This document shows positions 8,304 through 18,720 of a stretch of DNA of 40,000 bases, piece after piece. The DNA comes from an uncultured phage cr127_1. Within the stretch, counting starts at the first letter, position 1, and each line of letters opens with the position of its first letter. The notes below the pieces were generated by a model. That model did not search any database and was not told the DNA's origin. It was given only the letters and a program-made list of their open reading frames with translations. The position numbers and the translations under genes are program-made. The DNA is taken from sequence record MT774393.1; one strand, written 5' to 3'.

Positions 8304-8749
8304 TTATGAATTATGAGAAACTGAATAATATACAAAGAGGTATAGTAAGAACAAGAAGTAATGATAAAGAAAATAGCGGCAGTAAACATACTGTCGCTAT
8401 TCTTTATGATAATAAGTTTTATGCTAAATCAAATAAAAAACCTTACGAGTTTATTCCTATTAAAATAAATCAAGAAGATTTAAATAATGTTGATTATATA
8501 TATTCTAATGGTATTACTAATAATCAACATAAACCTTGGACTATTAAGAAAAATAGTAAAAATGGTACGAGATTAGATATTACAATTAAATATTGGAGTA
8601 TTGTTAAACCTCGTCAAAGAATAAAAGGTATTATAGAAGATGGTTATTTTATTCTTGATATAGATTATGTAAATACTATTAGTAAACTTTGTTATTTAAA
8701 ATCACAAAATAAGATTGAAAATGCTAATAGAAAAGATAAGAAATTTTAA
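8291..8749 (+). CDS. Hypothetical protein
   Basis: 152 aa ORF. Confidence 0.75.
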   Translation: MWKIIMNYEKLNNIQRGIVRTRSNDKENSGSKHTVAILYDNKFYAKSNKKPYEFIPIKINQEDLNNVDYIYSNGITNNQHKPWTIKKNSKNGTRLDITIKYWSIVKPRQRIKGIIEDGYFILDIDYVNTISKLCYLKSQNKIENANRKDKKF

Positions 8750-9080
8750 TAAAGCTCTTAATAGTTTTACTGAATATCTTAGAGAAAATAATAATAATAT
8801 ATCTGCTTTTTTTACTAAGTTACCAATTAAGTTTCAATTTACTATAATAAATCATTTTTTAGTTACTAAACATAAAATGGGAATTGTTATTCTTCCAGAT
8901 AGTTTTAGAATATATAAATATAATATCTATCCTTTTGATGAAACTTTTATGGAATTACTTGCTAAAGTAGATATTGAAGATATAAATGATACAACTTATG
9001 AAAATTCTATTATCGTTGCTTTTTCTATATTACATAAGGAAATTAACAGAGATAATAATCAATTAGAAAATCCTTTTTGA
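8715..9080 (+). CDS. Hypothetical protein; start uncertain
   Basis: 121 aa ORF ending in TGA. Confidence 0.65.
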   Translation: MKMLIEKIRNFNKALNSFTEYLRENNNNISAFFTKLPIKFQFTIINHFLVTKHKMGIVILPDSFRIYKYNIYPFDETFMELLAKVDIEDINDTTYENSIIVAFSILHKEINRDNNQLENPF

Positions 9081-9083
9081 TAT

Positions 9084-10586
9084 ATGAATGATACTGAAAA
9101 AAATAAATTAGATAATATTGTAAAAGCTAATACAAATGTAAATAATAAAAGTAATACAGCTATTAATAAAGTTAAAAATAGTAATATTAAACTTTATCCG
9201 AGTCAAGAAAGAGCTGTACAACAACTTGAAGATTGGTATAAAAGTAATGAACTGTTTTGTACTCTTGAAGGTTATGCTGGAACAGGTAAAACGTTTATCA
9301 TGAAATATTTTATTGAAAATATTATTGATAAAACTTGGACAATTAGTGCTCCTACACATAAAGCTCTTCGAGTATTAGAAAATACAGTAAATCATAAAGG
9401 TAAAACTCTACATTCTCTTTTAGGATTAAAGCCGAATGTAGATTTAACTACTTTTGACCCAACTAATCCGCAATATGACCAACTTTCTGATTTAAAAATT
9501 GTTAATTATAAAATTGTACTACTTGATGAATGTTCTATGGTTAATACAGGTTTGTTTAATCGTATAACAAAAGTATGTGCTAATCATAAAATAAAAGTTT
9601 TATATATTGGTGATAGTTTACAGTTACCTCCTGTTAAAGAAAATATGTCACCAACTTTTGCTACAATTAAGAGAAAAGTAGTTTTAGATACTATTGTTAG
9701 ACAAGAAGAAGGAAATCCTTTACTTGAATTGTTTAGTCTTATTAGATATGATATTCAAAATAAAGGTAATACTTTTCTTAATTATATTATTAATAATAGA
9801 AGTAATATTATAAACGATAGAGGATACGAATTATTATATAAAGAAGATTTTAAATCTAAATGTATAGAAGAAATAGGTAGTGAATCTTTTATAGGTAATA
9901 ATAAAAAAGGTATTCCGTCTAATACAGATTATATTCGTATATTAAGTTATACAAATAATAATGTTCTTAATTGGAATCAATATGTTAGAAATAATCTATT
10001 AGGTGATAATCTTCCAGTAGTTTGTATGAATGACTTATTTACTTCATATAATACTATAATGAATGAATTTAGTGAACCTATTATACTTAATTCAGAAGAT
10101 TATATAATATATGAACTTATAGATTATATATCAGATGAGGGAATTAAAACCTTTGGAGTTAATTTACAATCTATGTATGATGAAAGGAAGACAGACCCTT
10201 TCTTAATTGTTGACCATACTGATGCAAGTTTTAATCTTTATAAACGTGTATTACAAACTCTTTATATAAATGGTTTAAAACGTATGGGAGGTGGTTGGAA
10301 AGCGTATTATAATTTTAAAAATCGTTTTCTTACTTTAATTCCTGTTGTAATACATGATGCTTATGGTAATGAAAAAGTTATTAAAAAAGATATAGATTAT
10401 GGATTTGGACTATCTGTTCATAAATCACAAGGAAGTACATTTGATAATGTTGCTGTAGATTTAACAGATATTACTTGGTATCAAAGTTCGAAAGGATATA
10501 AAAAGGCGTATGATATTAATATGAGAAATCGACTTATTTATGTTGCTTTAAGTCGAGCCAGAAAAAAAGCTATATTAAAATATTAA
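9084..10586 (+). CDS. SF1 (RecD/Dda-like) DNA helicase
   Basis: GYAGTGKT Walker A, APTHKAL, LLDECSMV, GDSLQLPPV, VHKSQGSTFDNV, YVALSRARK. Confidence 0.9.
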   Translation: MNDTEKNKLDNIVKANTNVNNKSNTAINKVKNSNIKLYPSQERAVQQLEDWYKSNELFCTLEGYAGTGKTFIMKYFIENIIDKTWTISAPTHKALRVLENTVNHKGKTLHSLLGLKPNVDLTTFDPTNPQYDQLSDLKIVNYKIVLLDECSMVNTGLFNRITKVCANHKIKVLYIGDSLQLPPVKENMSPTFATIKRKVVLDTIVRQEEGNPLLELFSLIRYDIQNKGNTFLNYIINNRSNIINDRGYELLYKEDFKSKCIEEIGSESFIGNNKKGIPSNTDYIRILSYTNNNVLNWNQYVRNNLLGDNLPVVCMNDLFTSYNTIMNEFSEPIILNSEDYIIYELIDYISDEGIKTFGVNLQSMYDERKTDPFLIVDHTDASFNLYKRVLQTLYINGLKRMGGGWKAYYNFKNRFLTLIPVVIHDAYGNEKVIKKDIDYGFGLSVHKSQGSTFDNVAVDLTDITWYQSSKGYKKAYDINMRNRLIYVALSRARKKAILKY

Positions 10587-10601
10587 AATTATATTATAAT
10601 T

Positions 10602-10754
10602 ATGTATTACGATGATGATGACTACAGAGATAGTTATTCTAATAATGAAAATGAACATGTTACAGATGTAGATGGTTGTTTAGGACAATTCCTTGCAATA
10701 TGTTTTGTACTTATTTTAATTTATAGTTTTTTAGAATCTGTACATGCTATTTAA
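10602..10754 (+). CDS. Small membrane protein with acidic N-terminus
   Basis: MYYDDDDYRDSYSNNENEHVTDVDGCLGQFLAICFVLILIYSFLESVHAI*. Confidence 0.5.
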   Translation: MYYDDDDYRDSYSNNENEHVTDVDGCLGQFLAICFVLILIYSFLESVHAI

Positions 10755-10757
10755 AAT

Positions 10758-11159
10758 ATGATTAAAACTATTCTTTATATTTGGCAGCTACCACAAAATA
10801 TAGTTGCTCTTATATCAATAGCTATATTTAAAGCTAAATATGGTTATAAACTAAATAGTAAGAAAAATACTGTAAATATATATTTAACTAATAGTAATAT
10901 AGGTGTTTCATTAGGTAATTATATAATTATTAATAACAGACATAGTAAACTTACTATTAATCATGAAATAGGACATTGTAAGCAAAGTATTTATTTAGGT
11001 TGGTTATATTTAATTATTATAGGTATTCCATCAGCTATTAATAATCTTATAAATAGAATACCTTTTATTAAATATGATTATTATAGTTTTTATGCAGAGG
11101 CTTGGGCAGATAAACTTGCTAATATAAAAAGAGATAATAATGGCAATAGAGTGATATAG
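10758..11159 (+). CDS. Putative membrane-associated zinc-metallopeptidase-like protein
   Basis: INHEIGHCKQS ... LGWLYLIIIGIPSAI ... YYSFYAEAWADKLAN; HExGH plus downstream E/AD pattern. Confidence 0.65.
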   Translation: MIKTILYIWQLPQNIVALISIAIFKAKYGYKLNSKKNTVNIYLTNSNIGVSLGNYIIINNRHSKLTINHEIGHCKQSIYLGWLYLIIIGIPSAINNLINRIPFIKYDYYSFYAEAWADKLANIKRDNNGNRVI

Positions 11160-11243
11160 CTTTTAATCGAATTTTAAGGCACTTTTTAGGAACTTTCTAT
11201 TCATTCCTAAACAATTCTCCACCCGTTGAAAAATAATTAAAAT

Positions 11244-11852
11244 ATGGGCAGAAAACAGGCCGAAAATCAAATGTCAGCAAGGAAAGACTTACTCGGCATT
11301 CATTGTTCATCGTGTTATCGTTCTCTTATCAATAATAGGATGCACGGTATTATGGCCACAAGGGCGAGAGGTGTTCCGAAATCTATTTGCTTTATTGGTG
11401 CAGCTCCTTCTACACTTGATATTAAAATTGGAGAACCATTTACAGGTAGAAATAATATTTTACTTAGACAAGCTATAACTCTTTATAAACTTGATGAATG
11501 GAGTTATTTAACTTATCTTGTAAAATGTTATGGTACGGATAATGAAAAATTATATATTAAAAATTGTATACATTATCTTATAGAAGAAATTAAAGCTATT
11601 AATCCTTTAATTATAGTTCCACTTGGTTCAACTGTTCTTAAAGCTCTTACTGAAAATAATAATATTATAATGAAAAATGAAGTTAATAAACCAAAAGCTT
11701 ATGCTAATACTATAATGATTCCTATTTACGATTGTGCTTATATTAATAAAAATAAATGTTATGAAGAATATGATAAATCATTTGCTATAATTAGTGATAT
11801 ACTTGCTAAAAGAGATATTAAATATAAAGAATGGAAAGAAGTATCATTTTAA
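11244..11852 (+). CDS. Uracil-DNA glycosylase superfamily (family 4/5-like) protein
   Basis: CSSCYRSL...FIGAAPSTLDIKIGEPFTGRNNILLRQA...INPLIIVPLGSTVLKAL. Confidence 0.7.
   Translation: MGRKQAENQMSARKDLLGIHCSSCYRSLINNRMHGIMATRARGVPKSICFIGAAPSTLDIKIGEPFTGRNNILLRQAITLYKLDEWSYLTYLVKCYGTDNEKLYIKNCIHYLIEEIKAINPLIIVPLGSTVLKALTENNNIIMKNEVNKPKAYANTIMIPIYDCAYINKNKCYEEYDKSFAIISDILAKRDIKYKEWKEVSF
11350..11383 (+). repeat. Dispersed GC-rich element copy B, in frame within the UDG-like CDS
   Basis: ttatggccacaagggcgagaggtgttccgaaatc, encoding MATRARGVPK. Confidence 0.95.
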
Positions 11853-11890
11853 GACGATTAAATAGATACAAGTGTTACTTTATAAGCAAA

Positions 11891-11926
11891 CGAATATCGG
11901 AACACCTCTCGCCCTTGTGGCCAATT
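11891..11926 (-). repeat. Dispersed GC-rich element copy C
   Basis: cgaatatcggaacacctctcgcccttgtggccaatt. Confidence 0.95.
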
Positions 11927-11944
11927 ACCCGGAGAGCACTCGTT

Positions 11945-11980
11945 ACAACTGTCTTTACAACTGTCTTTACAACTGAAATT
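11945..11980. repeat. 12-bp tandem repeat (acaactgtcttt x2, then acaactgaaatt)
   Basis: Direct reading. Confidence 0.9.
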
Positions 11981-12019
11981 AAAAATTATATTACAAATAT
12001 AATTAAAATTAATTTTAAT

Positions 12020-12274
12020 ATGAACGATAAAGATATATTTAATATTAAAGAACTTATCAAATTTCTTGAAGATAATCATACTAAAGAAAATGGTTATAAA
12101 TTTCAAATAAGAGTTATTGTAAATAAAACTTTAAATGGAAAATTTAAAGTTATCAATTTAACTCAAGATGGATTTAATAAAGTTTCTAATGCTTTATATT
12201 CTTTAATTCAAAAGGATATAGATGATGATACAGAAGATTTAATAAGTCTCGATTTAACTAAGAATAGACTATGA
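12020..12274 (+). CDS. Hypothetical protein (track ORF starts at 11831)
   Basis: MNDKDIFNIKELIKFLEDNHTKENGYKFQIRVIVNKTLNG... after the repeat region. Confidence 0.7.
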   Translation: MNDKDIFNIKELIKFLEDNHTKENGYKFQIRVIVNKTLNGKFKVINLTQDGFNKVSNALYSLIQKDIDDDTEDLISLDLTKNRL

Positions 12275-13442
12275 CTGATAAAAAATATATTTATGACTTT
12301 GAAATTTATAAGAATTTTTGTGGTGTAACTTTTATACCGGAAGATGTTTCTCAACAGCTTATAGATACTTATGTAAATATTGATATACTTCGTATTGATG
12401 CTGAGGATAAAATTAATAATTATATTAAAGATGTAACTTTTGAAGATGCTATTAAAAAAGACGATTATTTAGATAATCTTCAAAATAATATAATAAAATA
12501 TAAAGCTGATAAGAAAAAGATTCTTACAGCAATGGGTGCTAAACAATTCTATATTTGGAATAGTTTAAATGGTAAAGATTTTCATAATGATTTACTTTAT
12601 ATTCAAAACTTTTTTATTAGTCATAAAATTGTTACAGGATATAATAGTAATAATTATGATAAAATAATGCTTATACTTCTTCTTTATAATGCTAAATATG
12701 TTACTCCTGAAGGTTATCATTATAAAGAAAAAATGAATCTTACAGATTTTATGTTTAGACATAGCCAAAAATGTATTAATTTTGGTAATGGTTATCTTTA
12801 TACATTAGGTATTAATAAAAGTTTTAATATACCTTTTACAAATTATGATATTCAAAAGATTCTATATCTTGATAAATCTTTTACGAGTTTAAAACAGGTT
12901 GCTATTATATTAAAATGGTATCGTATACAAGATTTACCTATTCATTATTTAGCTAATATTGATGAAGATGATATAGAAACTATAATGGATTATAATGTTA
13001 ATGATGATTTAATTACATTAACATTAAAAAGAACTGTTAAAGATGAAATTGATTTAAGAGACGATATTACAAGTGAATTTGGAATTGATGTTCGTAATAT
13101 GTCTCGAAGTTCTATCGGAAAAGCTATAACTACTAAATTATATAGTGATTTTACAGGTCTTGAGAAAAAAGATTTTTATGATTTAAGAACTAATCGTAGA
13201 GTTATTTATCTCGAAGATGTAGTATCTGATATAATAAAGTTTAAAACTCCTACTCTACATAATCTTTTAGCTACTATTCTAAAATCTAAGATTATAGTAG
13301 GTAGTAAAGATAAGAAAGATAAATTTGCTTATACTTTTAAATTCGGTGATAATCAATATACTATGGCTCTTGGTGGATTACATAGTAAAGATACACCGGG
13401 TATATTAGTTGCAGATGATTATATATTAAGAGATGCGGACGT
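12271..13442 (+). CDS. Family-B DNA polymerase, exon 1
   Basis: Exonuclease motifs YDFEIYKN, GYNSNNYDKIM and YNVNDDLITL; exon ends ...RDAD-GT, inside polymerase motif A. Confidence 0.92.
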
Positions 13443-13794
13443 TAATATGAATATGTAGCGTCCTAATGTGGTTAATTGCGGGAAACCCCTTAGAGATTCT
13501 TATACTAAATATCGTAGTAATATAGATATGGCAAGAAGTAATTTTCAAGGTATAGTAAAAAGTAAGAATATTGGGCAATCCGCAGCTAAGCGTCTTAATA
13601 TTGTTTATTAAGATGAAAGCTCAACGACTATCCCTAATGGGAGTACAGATGAAAAAACTAATTCATTTGGAAATGCCACAATACTTTATATAGATGATAA
13701 TGGTAATGTAAAGTATAAGATATAGTCTAATCTATTAGGAAACTAATAGGAATAACAGACAGTTAGTTACTGATAATAATGTTATTCAATAATG
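13443..13794 (+). ncRNA. Group I self-splicing intron, ORF-less, 352 nt
   Basis: P1 exon GACGU / IGS GCGUC with U.G at the splice site; P4 TGCGG/CCGCA; P7 GACTAT/ATAGTC in ctcaaCGACTAT ... gATATAGTCT; P9 CTATTAG-gaaa-CTAATAG; GAATAAC/GTTATTC near the 3' end; last nt G. Confidence 0.93.
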
Positions 13795-15205
13795 TGCTTC
13801 ATATTATCCTCGTGGAATTGTTAAATTTCATATAGCACCGGAACATTTACAAGAAGATGCTTTTATTAATACAGTAAAATATACTGCTGATACGCGAGTA
13901 GAAGCTAAACATAATAGTAAAAATTATAAAAAGAAAGCTGATGAAATAAAGTCTTTATTAGAAAATAAAAAAGTATCTAATAAAGATAGTGAAATATTAC
14001 ATAAAGAAATAGATAGATTAACTAAGGAATCTAAATCTTTAAAAACTAAAGCTGAAGGTCTTAAAATTGCTATTAATAGAATGTATGGTGCATTTCGTGA
14101 TAGTAATGATTTTCTTTATGACCCATATTGTACTTATAGAACTACTATAAATCTTCAATTATGTCTTATTATGTTAATTGAAGAATTAGAACTTAATGGA
14201 ATTAACGTTGTATCTGCTAATACAGATGGTATTGTTTGTAAGATACCTTATCATTTAGAAGATACTTATTATAATATATGTAATGCTTGGCAAACTAAAC
14301 TTGGTTTTGAACTTGAATATACAGATTATGAAAGATATTTAAGAAAAGATGTTAATGATTATATAGCTGTTAAAAAAGGTTTTAATGAAAATCTTGCTAA
14401 ATTAATTAATTCAGATTTTAATGATAAATCTGATGAAGATAAAAAGAAAGCATTAAAGGAATTAGAAGATGATTATATAAAGAGAAAAGGTTTCTTTATT
14501 GAAGATTTAGTTTTTAATAAAGGATATAATTCTCCAGTTATCGCTAAAGCTCTTAACTTGCAACTTATATATAGTATCCCTTATGAAGATACTATAATGA
14601 ATCATATTAATAGCTCAAAATTTGCTATTTATGATTATTGTATAAGTCAGAAAAGTGATAGTAAATTTACTATTTATTATGAACATATAGTAGACGGACA
14701 AATTGTTAGAGATAAACTTCAAAAATCTAATAGATTTTATATTAGTAATACTGGTACAGGAACTATTATAAAACAATGTTCTGATGGTGTAGATGATAAT
14801 GGTAATTCAATAAATAAAGAATCTCGTATTATAGCTAAATATTCTATAGAGCCTTTTAATAACTATATTTATAAAGATAATTATCATTTAAATTTTAGTT
14901 ATTATAAACGTGAATGTAGTAAGGTTTTAAATGGTGAAAATAAAAAGAAAGAAGGTATTATAAAACGTCAATTAGATTTTGATTTATTTTCTAATGATAA
15001 ACCTAATTTATTAGAAGGTGAATTTGAAACTATAAATCGTTCTAATAGAATTAATAATAGACGAAAAGAAGATGTACGTAGAAGTATAGATGATTTTCAA
15101 GTTGATAATAGATTTTTATTAGAAAGTATAAATCAAAACGATACTCCTACTATAATAAGTACTTCTTTTGATGAAGATGATTCTGATGATTTACCTTTTA
15201 ATTAA
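13795..15205 (+). CDS. Family-B DNA polymerase, exon 2
   Basis: Spliced frame DADV-ASYYPRGIVKF; motif B LKIAINRMYGAFRD; motif C SANTDGIVCK. The joined CDS is 2583 nt (861 codons). Confidence 0.92.
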
Positions 15206-15210
15206 TAGTT

Positions 15211-15372
15211 ATGCCTAATAATGAAACTATAATAGATAATAAAACTATTGAAGAACTTGAAGATTTATTTTGGGAATTAGTAGCAAATGGTTATTCTATA
15301 AAAAGTGATATAATTGTTGCTATAAAAGATAAAATAGAATATTTAAAATATTTTAATAGAAATGATAAGTAA
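15211..15372 (+). CDS. Small hypothetical protein
   Basis: MPNNETIIDNKTIEELEDLFWELVANGYSIKSDIIVAIKDKIEYFKYFNRNDK*. Confidence 0.55.
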   Translation: MPNNETIIDNKTIEELEDLFWELVANGYSIKSDIIVAIKDKIEYLKYFNRNDK

Positions 15373-16849
15373 AGATGAACGTCAAGCTGAATGTGTTTCT
15401 AAATGGAGAAATGCTAAAGGTAGAGGAACTCTAAATCTTACTTTTAGATTTGGTAAAACTCGTGTAGCAGATATTATACTTACTAATTATATAAATAAAA
15501 ATGGTAATAATAAAATTCTGTTTTTAGTACCTAATGATATAACTAAAAAGAATATTATAAAAAATACTAAATATGGAAATGAAATAGAACTTTTAACTTC
15601 TAATCAATTTATTAATAAATATAAAAATGTAAAAGATTATATAGATTATAATTTAGTAATTATTGATGAATGTCATAAATTTCTTGATAATGAAATTTAT
15701 GATTGTATTATTAAAATAAATACTAAATTTATTCTTTGTTTAACTGGTGTAAATATTACTTCTGAACAGAACAAAAAATTAGAAGCTATAAATTGTCCTG
15801 TAATAGATACTATAAGTGAGAAAGAAGCTATTGAAAATAAATGGATAAGTAATTTTGTAGAATATAATTTAGCTGTTGAATTAAGTGATGATGATAAATT
15901 CAAATATGCTAAATATACAAATCTTATACATGAAACTCTTGATATATTTAAAGGAGTTTATAAAGGAGTTAATTCTGTATTTCATAAGAATGTTTTTGAT
16001 TCAGATTTTGATTTAATTATTGCCTGTTTTGCCGGTAAATATATTAAAGATACTAATGGATTTAGAACTTTTGTAAAATCTACAATAATTCGTAAAATTG
16101 TTGCTGAATGTCAAGGTTGGAATGCTGATTTGGATGTATCCTCAGATTATGGTAAGAAAATTAATCTTTATTGGAATCCGGATAATATATATGAACGAGC
16201 TAAAACATTTAAACAAAATGTAAGTAATAGAAATAATATACTTATATTTAATAGACCTAAAATTGAAGCTGTAATGGATATTCTTAAAGCAAATCCTGTT
16301 CCAACTATATGCTTTAATGAATCTGTAGAAATGGCAGAAGAGCTTGCAAATTATTATCCAAAAAATAGTATAGCTTATCATAATAATATTGAATCAAGAT
16401 ATATGTATGATAGTAAGACAGGTGATATTATAAGAACTAAAAGTGGTGAACCTAAAAAGATTGGTAAAACTACTTTAAAAAAGATGGCTATAGAAGGTAT
16501 GCGAGATGGTACATATAATAAACTATTTACTGTTAAATCTCTTAATGAAGGTCTTACTATAGAGAATATAGAACAAGTTATAACAACTGGTGGTTCATGT
16601 AATACTCAAACTCATGAAAATAGAATTGCACGAGGTAAAACATTTGATTATGCAAATCCTAATAAAGTTTGTGTTATTATAAATCTTTATATTGACGATT
16701 TTACAATAAAAATAGGTGTAAATCAAGAAGATAATACAGATATACTAAAAGATGTTAAAAGTCGAGATAAACAAAAACTTATAGAAAGGCAATCTACTAC
16801 TATACAAGCTCCTATTTGGGTGTCGAGTATAAGCGAAATATTCTACTAA
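15362..16849 (+). CDS. SF2 (DEAD/DEAH-like) helicase
   Basis: GTLNLTFRFGKT, LVIIDECHKF, CLTGV, IARGKTFDY. Confidence 0.8.
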   Translation: MISKDERQAECVSKWRNAKGRGTLNLTFRFGKTRVADIILTNYINKNGNNKILFLVPNDITKKNIIKNTKYGNEIELLTSNQFINKYKNVKDYIDYNLVIIDECHKFLDNEIYDCIIKINTKFILCLTGVNITSEQNKKLEAINCPVIDTISEKEAIENKWISNFVEYNLAVELSDDDKFKYAKYTNLIHETLDIFKGVYKGVNSVFHKNVFDSDFDLIIACFAGKYIKDTNGFRTFVKSTIIRKIVAECQGWNADLDVSSDYGKKINLYWNPDNIYERAKTFKQNVSNRNNILIFNRPKIEAVMDILKANPVPTICFNESVEMAEELANYYPKNSIAYHNNIESRYMYDSKTGDIIRTKSGEPKKIGKTTLKKMAIEGMRDGTYNKLFTVKSLNEGLTIENIEQVITTGGSCNTQTHENRIARGKTFDYANPNKVCVIINLYIDDFTIKIGVNQEDNTDILKDVKSRDKQKLIERQSTTIQAPIWVSSISEIFY

Positions 16850-16893
16850 AAAAGCTAATGCAAATTTTGTTATTATGATTATTACTATTACAT

Positions 16894-17922
16894 TTGACTA
16901 TGAACAAGCAAGTAAATGCAATAACTAAAGCTAATGGTAGTAAAGATACTAATGAAGTAACTAAGTATTCTACTGAAGATGAAAGTACAATTCTAACTCT
17001 TGAACGTGCAAAAGGACTTGCTGAATATATTTCTAAAAATAATGCTTTTGCCGCTCAATTTGGAGAAAAAGATGAAAATGGTAACGTTACTATAAACGTT
17101 CCTGCAATAGTTACTTGTTTGATGCTTGGTTCTGAAATGGGTTTGAAACCTATGGAAGCTCTTCAATTTGGAAGAATGTTAAATAGGTTATCTGTTATTA
17201 AAGTTCGTAAAGGTAAAACTCTTGGACTTGACCCTATTACTGCTATGCAAAATATTTATATTTGGGATAGTGGTAAAAATGAAATTATTTATACCGGAAT
17301 TAATATTGTATTAAAAGTCCTTAATGAAAATAATATCGCTGTTGATGTTATAGAGGATGGAAATAAGATTCATTATTATTATCGACTTCTTAGAAATGGT
17401 AAGTTAGATGAAGAAGTAGAATTTGATGAACGTGATGAATTTTTAAATAATAAATATACAGTAGTTAATGACGGTAAATCTGCTGCTAAACTTAAAGCTG
17501 ATGTAGATAATGGTAAAATAATGCTTCAAAGATTCTCAACAAAACGTGCTCTTGTTAAACTAACAAGGATAAATTCAAATGGTAAAGAATCTGTTGTAGC
17601 TATACCTTATACCCTTAGAGAAGCTATTGAAGCTGGTTATTATCCCGGAATTAATAGTTTTGGTGAAGAAGTAAAAGGTAAAGATAATTGGATAAGTCAT
17701 ACAGCAGCTATGCTCCGAAAAATGTCTATAATGATTGGAGCAAGAATTATAGCAAATGATAAACTTAATGGTATTTATGAAACTGACGAAATAGGTTCCG
17801 TTAAAGTTTATACAAATGCTGAAGCATCTAAATTTAAAGATGCTGTTGTAGAAAATGTTACAGCAGAAGATGTAACTGATGTTTCTGATAATATAGAAAA
17901 TTCCACTAATAATGATAATTAA
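16894..17922 (+). CDS. Putative RecT-like recombination protein
   Basis: CLMLGSEMGLKPMEALQ ... LGLDPITAMQNIYIWDSGKNEIIYTG... resembles RecT-type motifs. Confidence 0.5.
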   Translation: MTMNKQVNAITKANGSKDTNEVTKYSTEDESTILTLERAKGLAEYISKNNAFAAQFGEKDENGNVTINVPAIVTCLMLGSEMGLKPMEALQFGRMLNRLSVIKVRKGKTLGLDPITAMQNIYIWDSGKNEIIYTGINIVLKVLNENNIAVDVIEDGNKIHYYYRLLRNGKLDEEVEFDERDEFLNNKYTVVNDGKSAAKLKADVDNGKIMLQRFSTKRALVKLTRINSNGKESVVAIPYTLREAIEAGYYPGINSFGEEVKGKDNWISHTAAMLRKMSIMIGARIIANDKLNGIYETDEIGSVKVYTNAEASKFKDAVVENVTAEDVTDVSDNIENSTNNDN

Positions 17923-17973
17923 ATTTATCAATCTATCATTAAATCAAATAACAAATAAAAACATTTTAAAATT

Positions 17974-18687
17974 ATGAAAAAGTCAATTTTCAGCGCATCG
18001 AAACTTTCTAATCTGAACGTTGTTGCTAAAGGAACGAAAACTACTAATGATGCTCGTCCCGAAGTTGTTACTGGTCGTGCCATTAACAAATTCGCAATGA
18101 ATGCTTCGGCAGCAGCTCTGTTGGATGTAGACAATGGTGATAATGTAGTTATGTTCTATATTCCTGATGCAGAAAGTCTTGATGAAAAGTTCTTTATTGC
18201 TAAGGGTACAGCTAAGGATGCTAAACTGGCTTCCAGTAATAAAACTATTGGTGTTCCGAAAGTTCTCAACTTTAGTTATTCTTCTCTTTGGAGCCTTATG
18301 GTACAAGAAGATTTAGATGCACAGCCTCTTGGTGAACGCGCTCTTGTAGAAAAAGGTATTATGGAATATGTTCCTACCCAGATGAGTCGAGACAAAGGAA
18401 ATGGTAAGAAAGAAATGTGCTATGCAAATCTCGTTCCTTATCAGCTCGCTTATGAAGTAGAACTTGTAACAGATGAAAATGAAGTAGCTATTCCTGTAAC
18501 GGTAGGTGATACTACTTATGAAAGGGTATTCGTTCTTAAGAATGTTATTAAGCGTTATCCTGATGAAAAGAAGAAGGAAGCTATTAAAAACGAAGATGTA
18601 GAAAATGAAGTTGAAGATAATAATGTAGAAACTGAAGATATTGATATACCGGTAAATAGTAAAAGTGATATAGAAAATCTTCTTTAA
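17974..18687 (+). CDS. Hypothetical protein, probably highly expressed; possible ssDNA-binding role
   Basis: 237 aa ORF, GC-elevated, acidic C-terminal tail, next to replication genes. Confidence 0.8.
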   Translation: MKKSIFSASKLSNLNVVAKGTKTTNDARPEVVTGRAINKFAMNASAAALLDVDNGDNVVMFYIPDAESLDEKFFIAKGTAKDAKLASSNKTIGVPKVLNFSYSSLWSLMVQEDLDAQPLGERALVEKGIMEYVPTQMSRDKGNGKKEMCYANLVPYQLAYEVELVTDENEVAIPVTVGDTTYERVFVLKNVIKRYPDEKKKEAIKNEDVENEVEDNNVETEDIDIPVNSKSDIENLL

Positions 18688-18720
18688 TCTTCTTTAATAT
18701 CTATCATTAATCTATCATTT

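Noticed and set aside
13443-13794. DNA polymerase gap as stop-codon reassignment, frameshift error or pseudogene
   Set aside because: The gap contains TAG and TAA stops in the exon frame, shows clear group I core elements, and its removal restores a conserved motif exactly.
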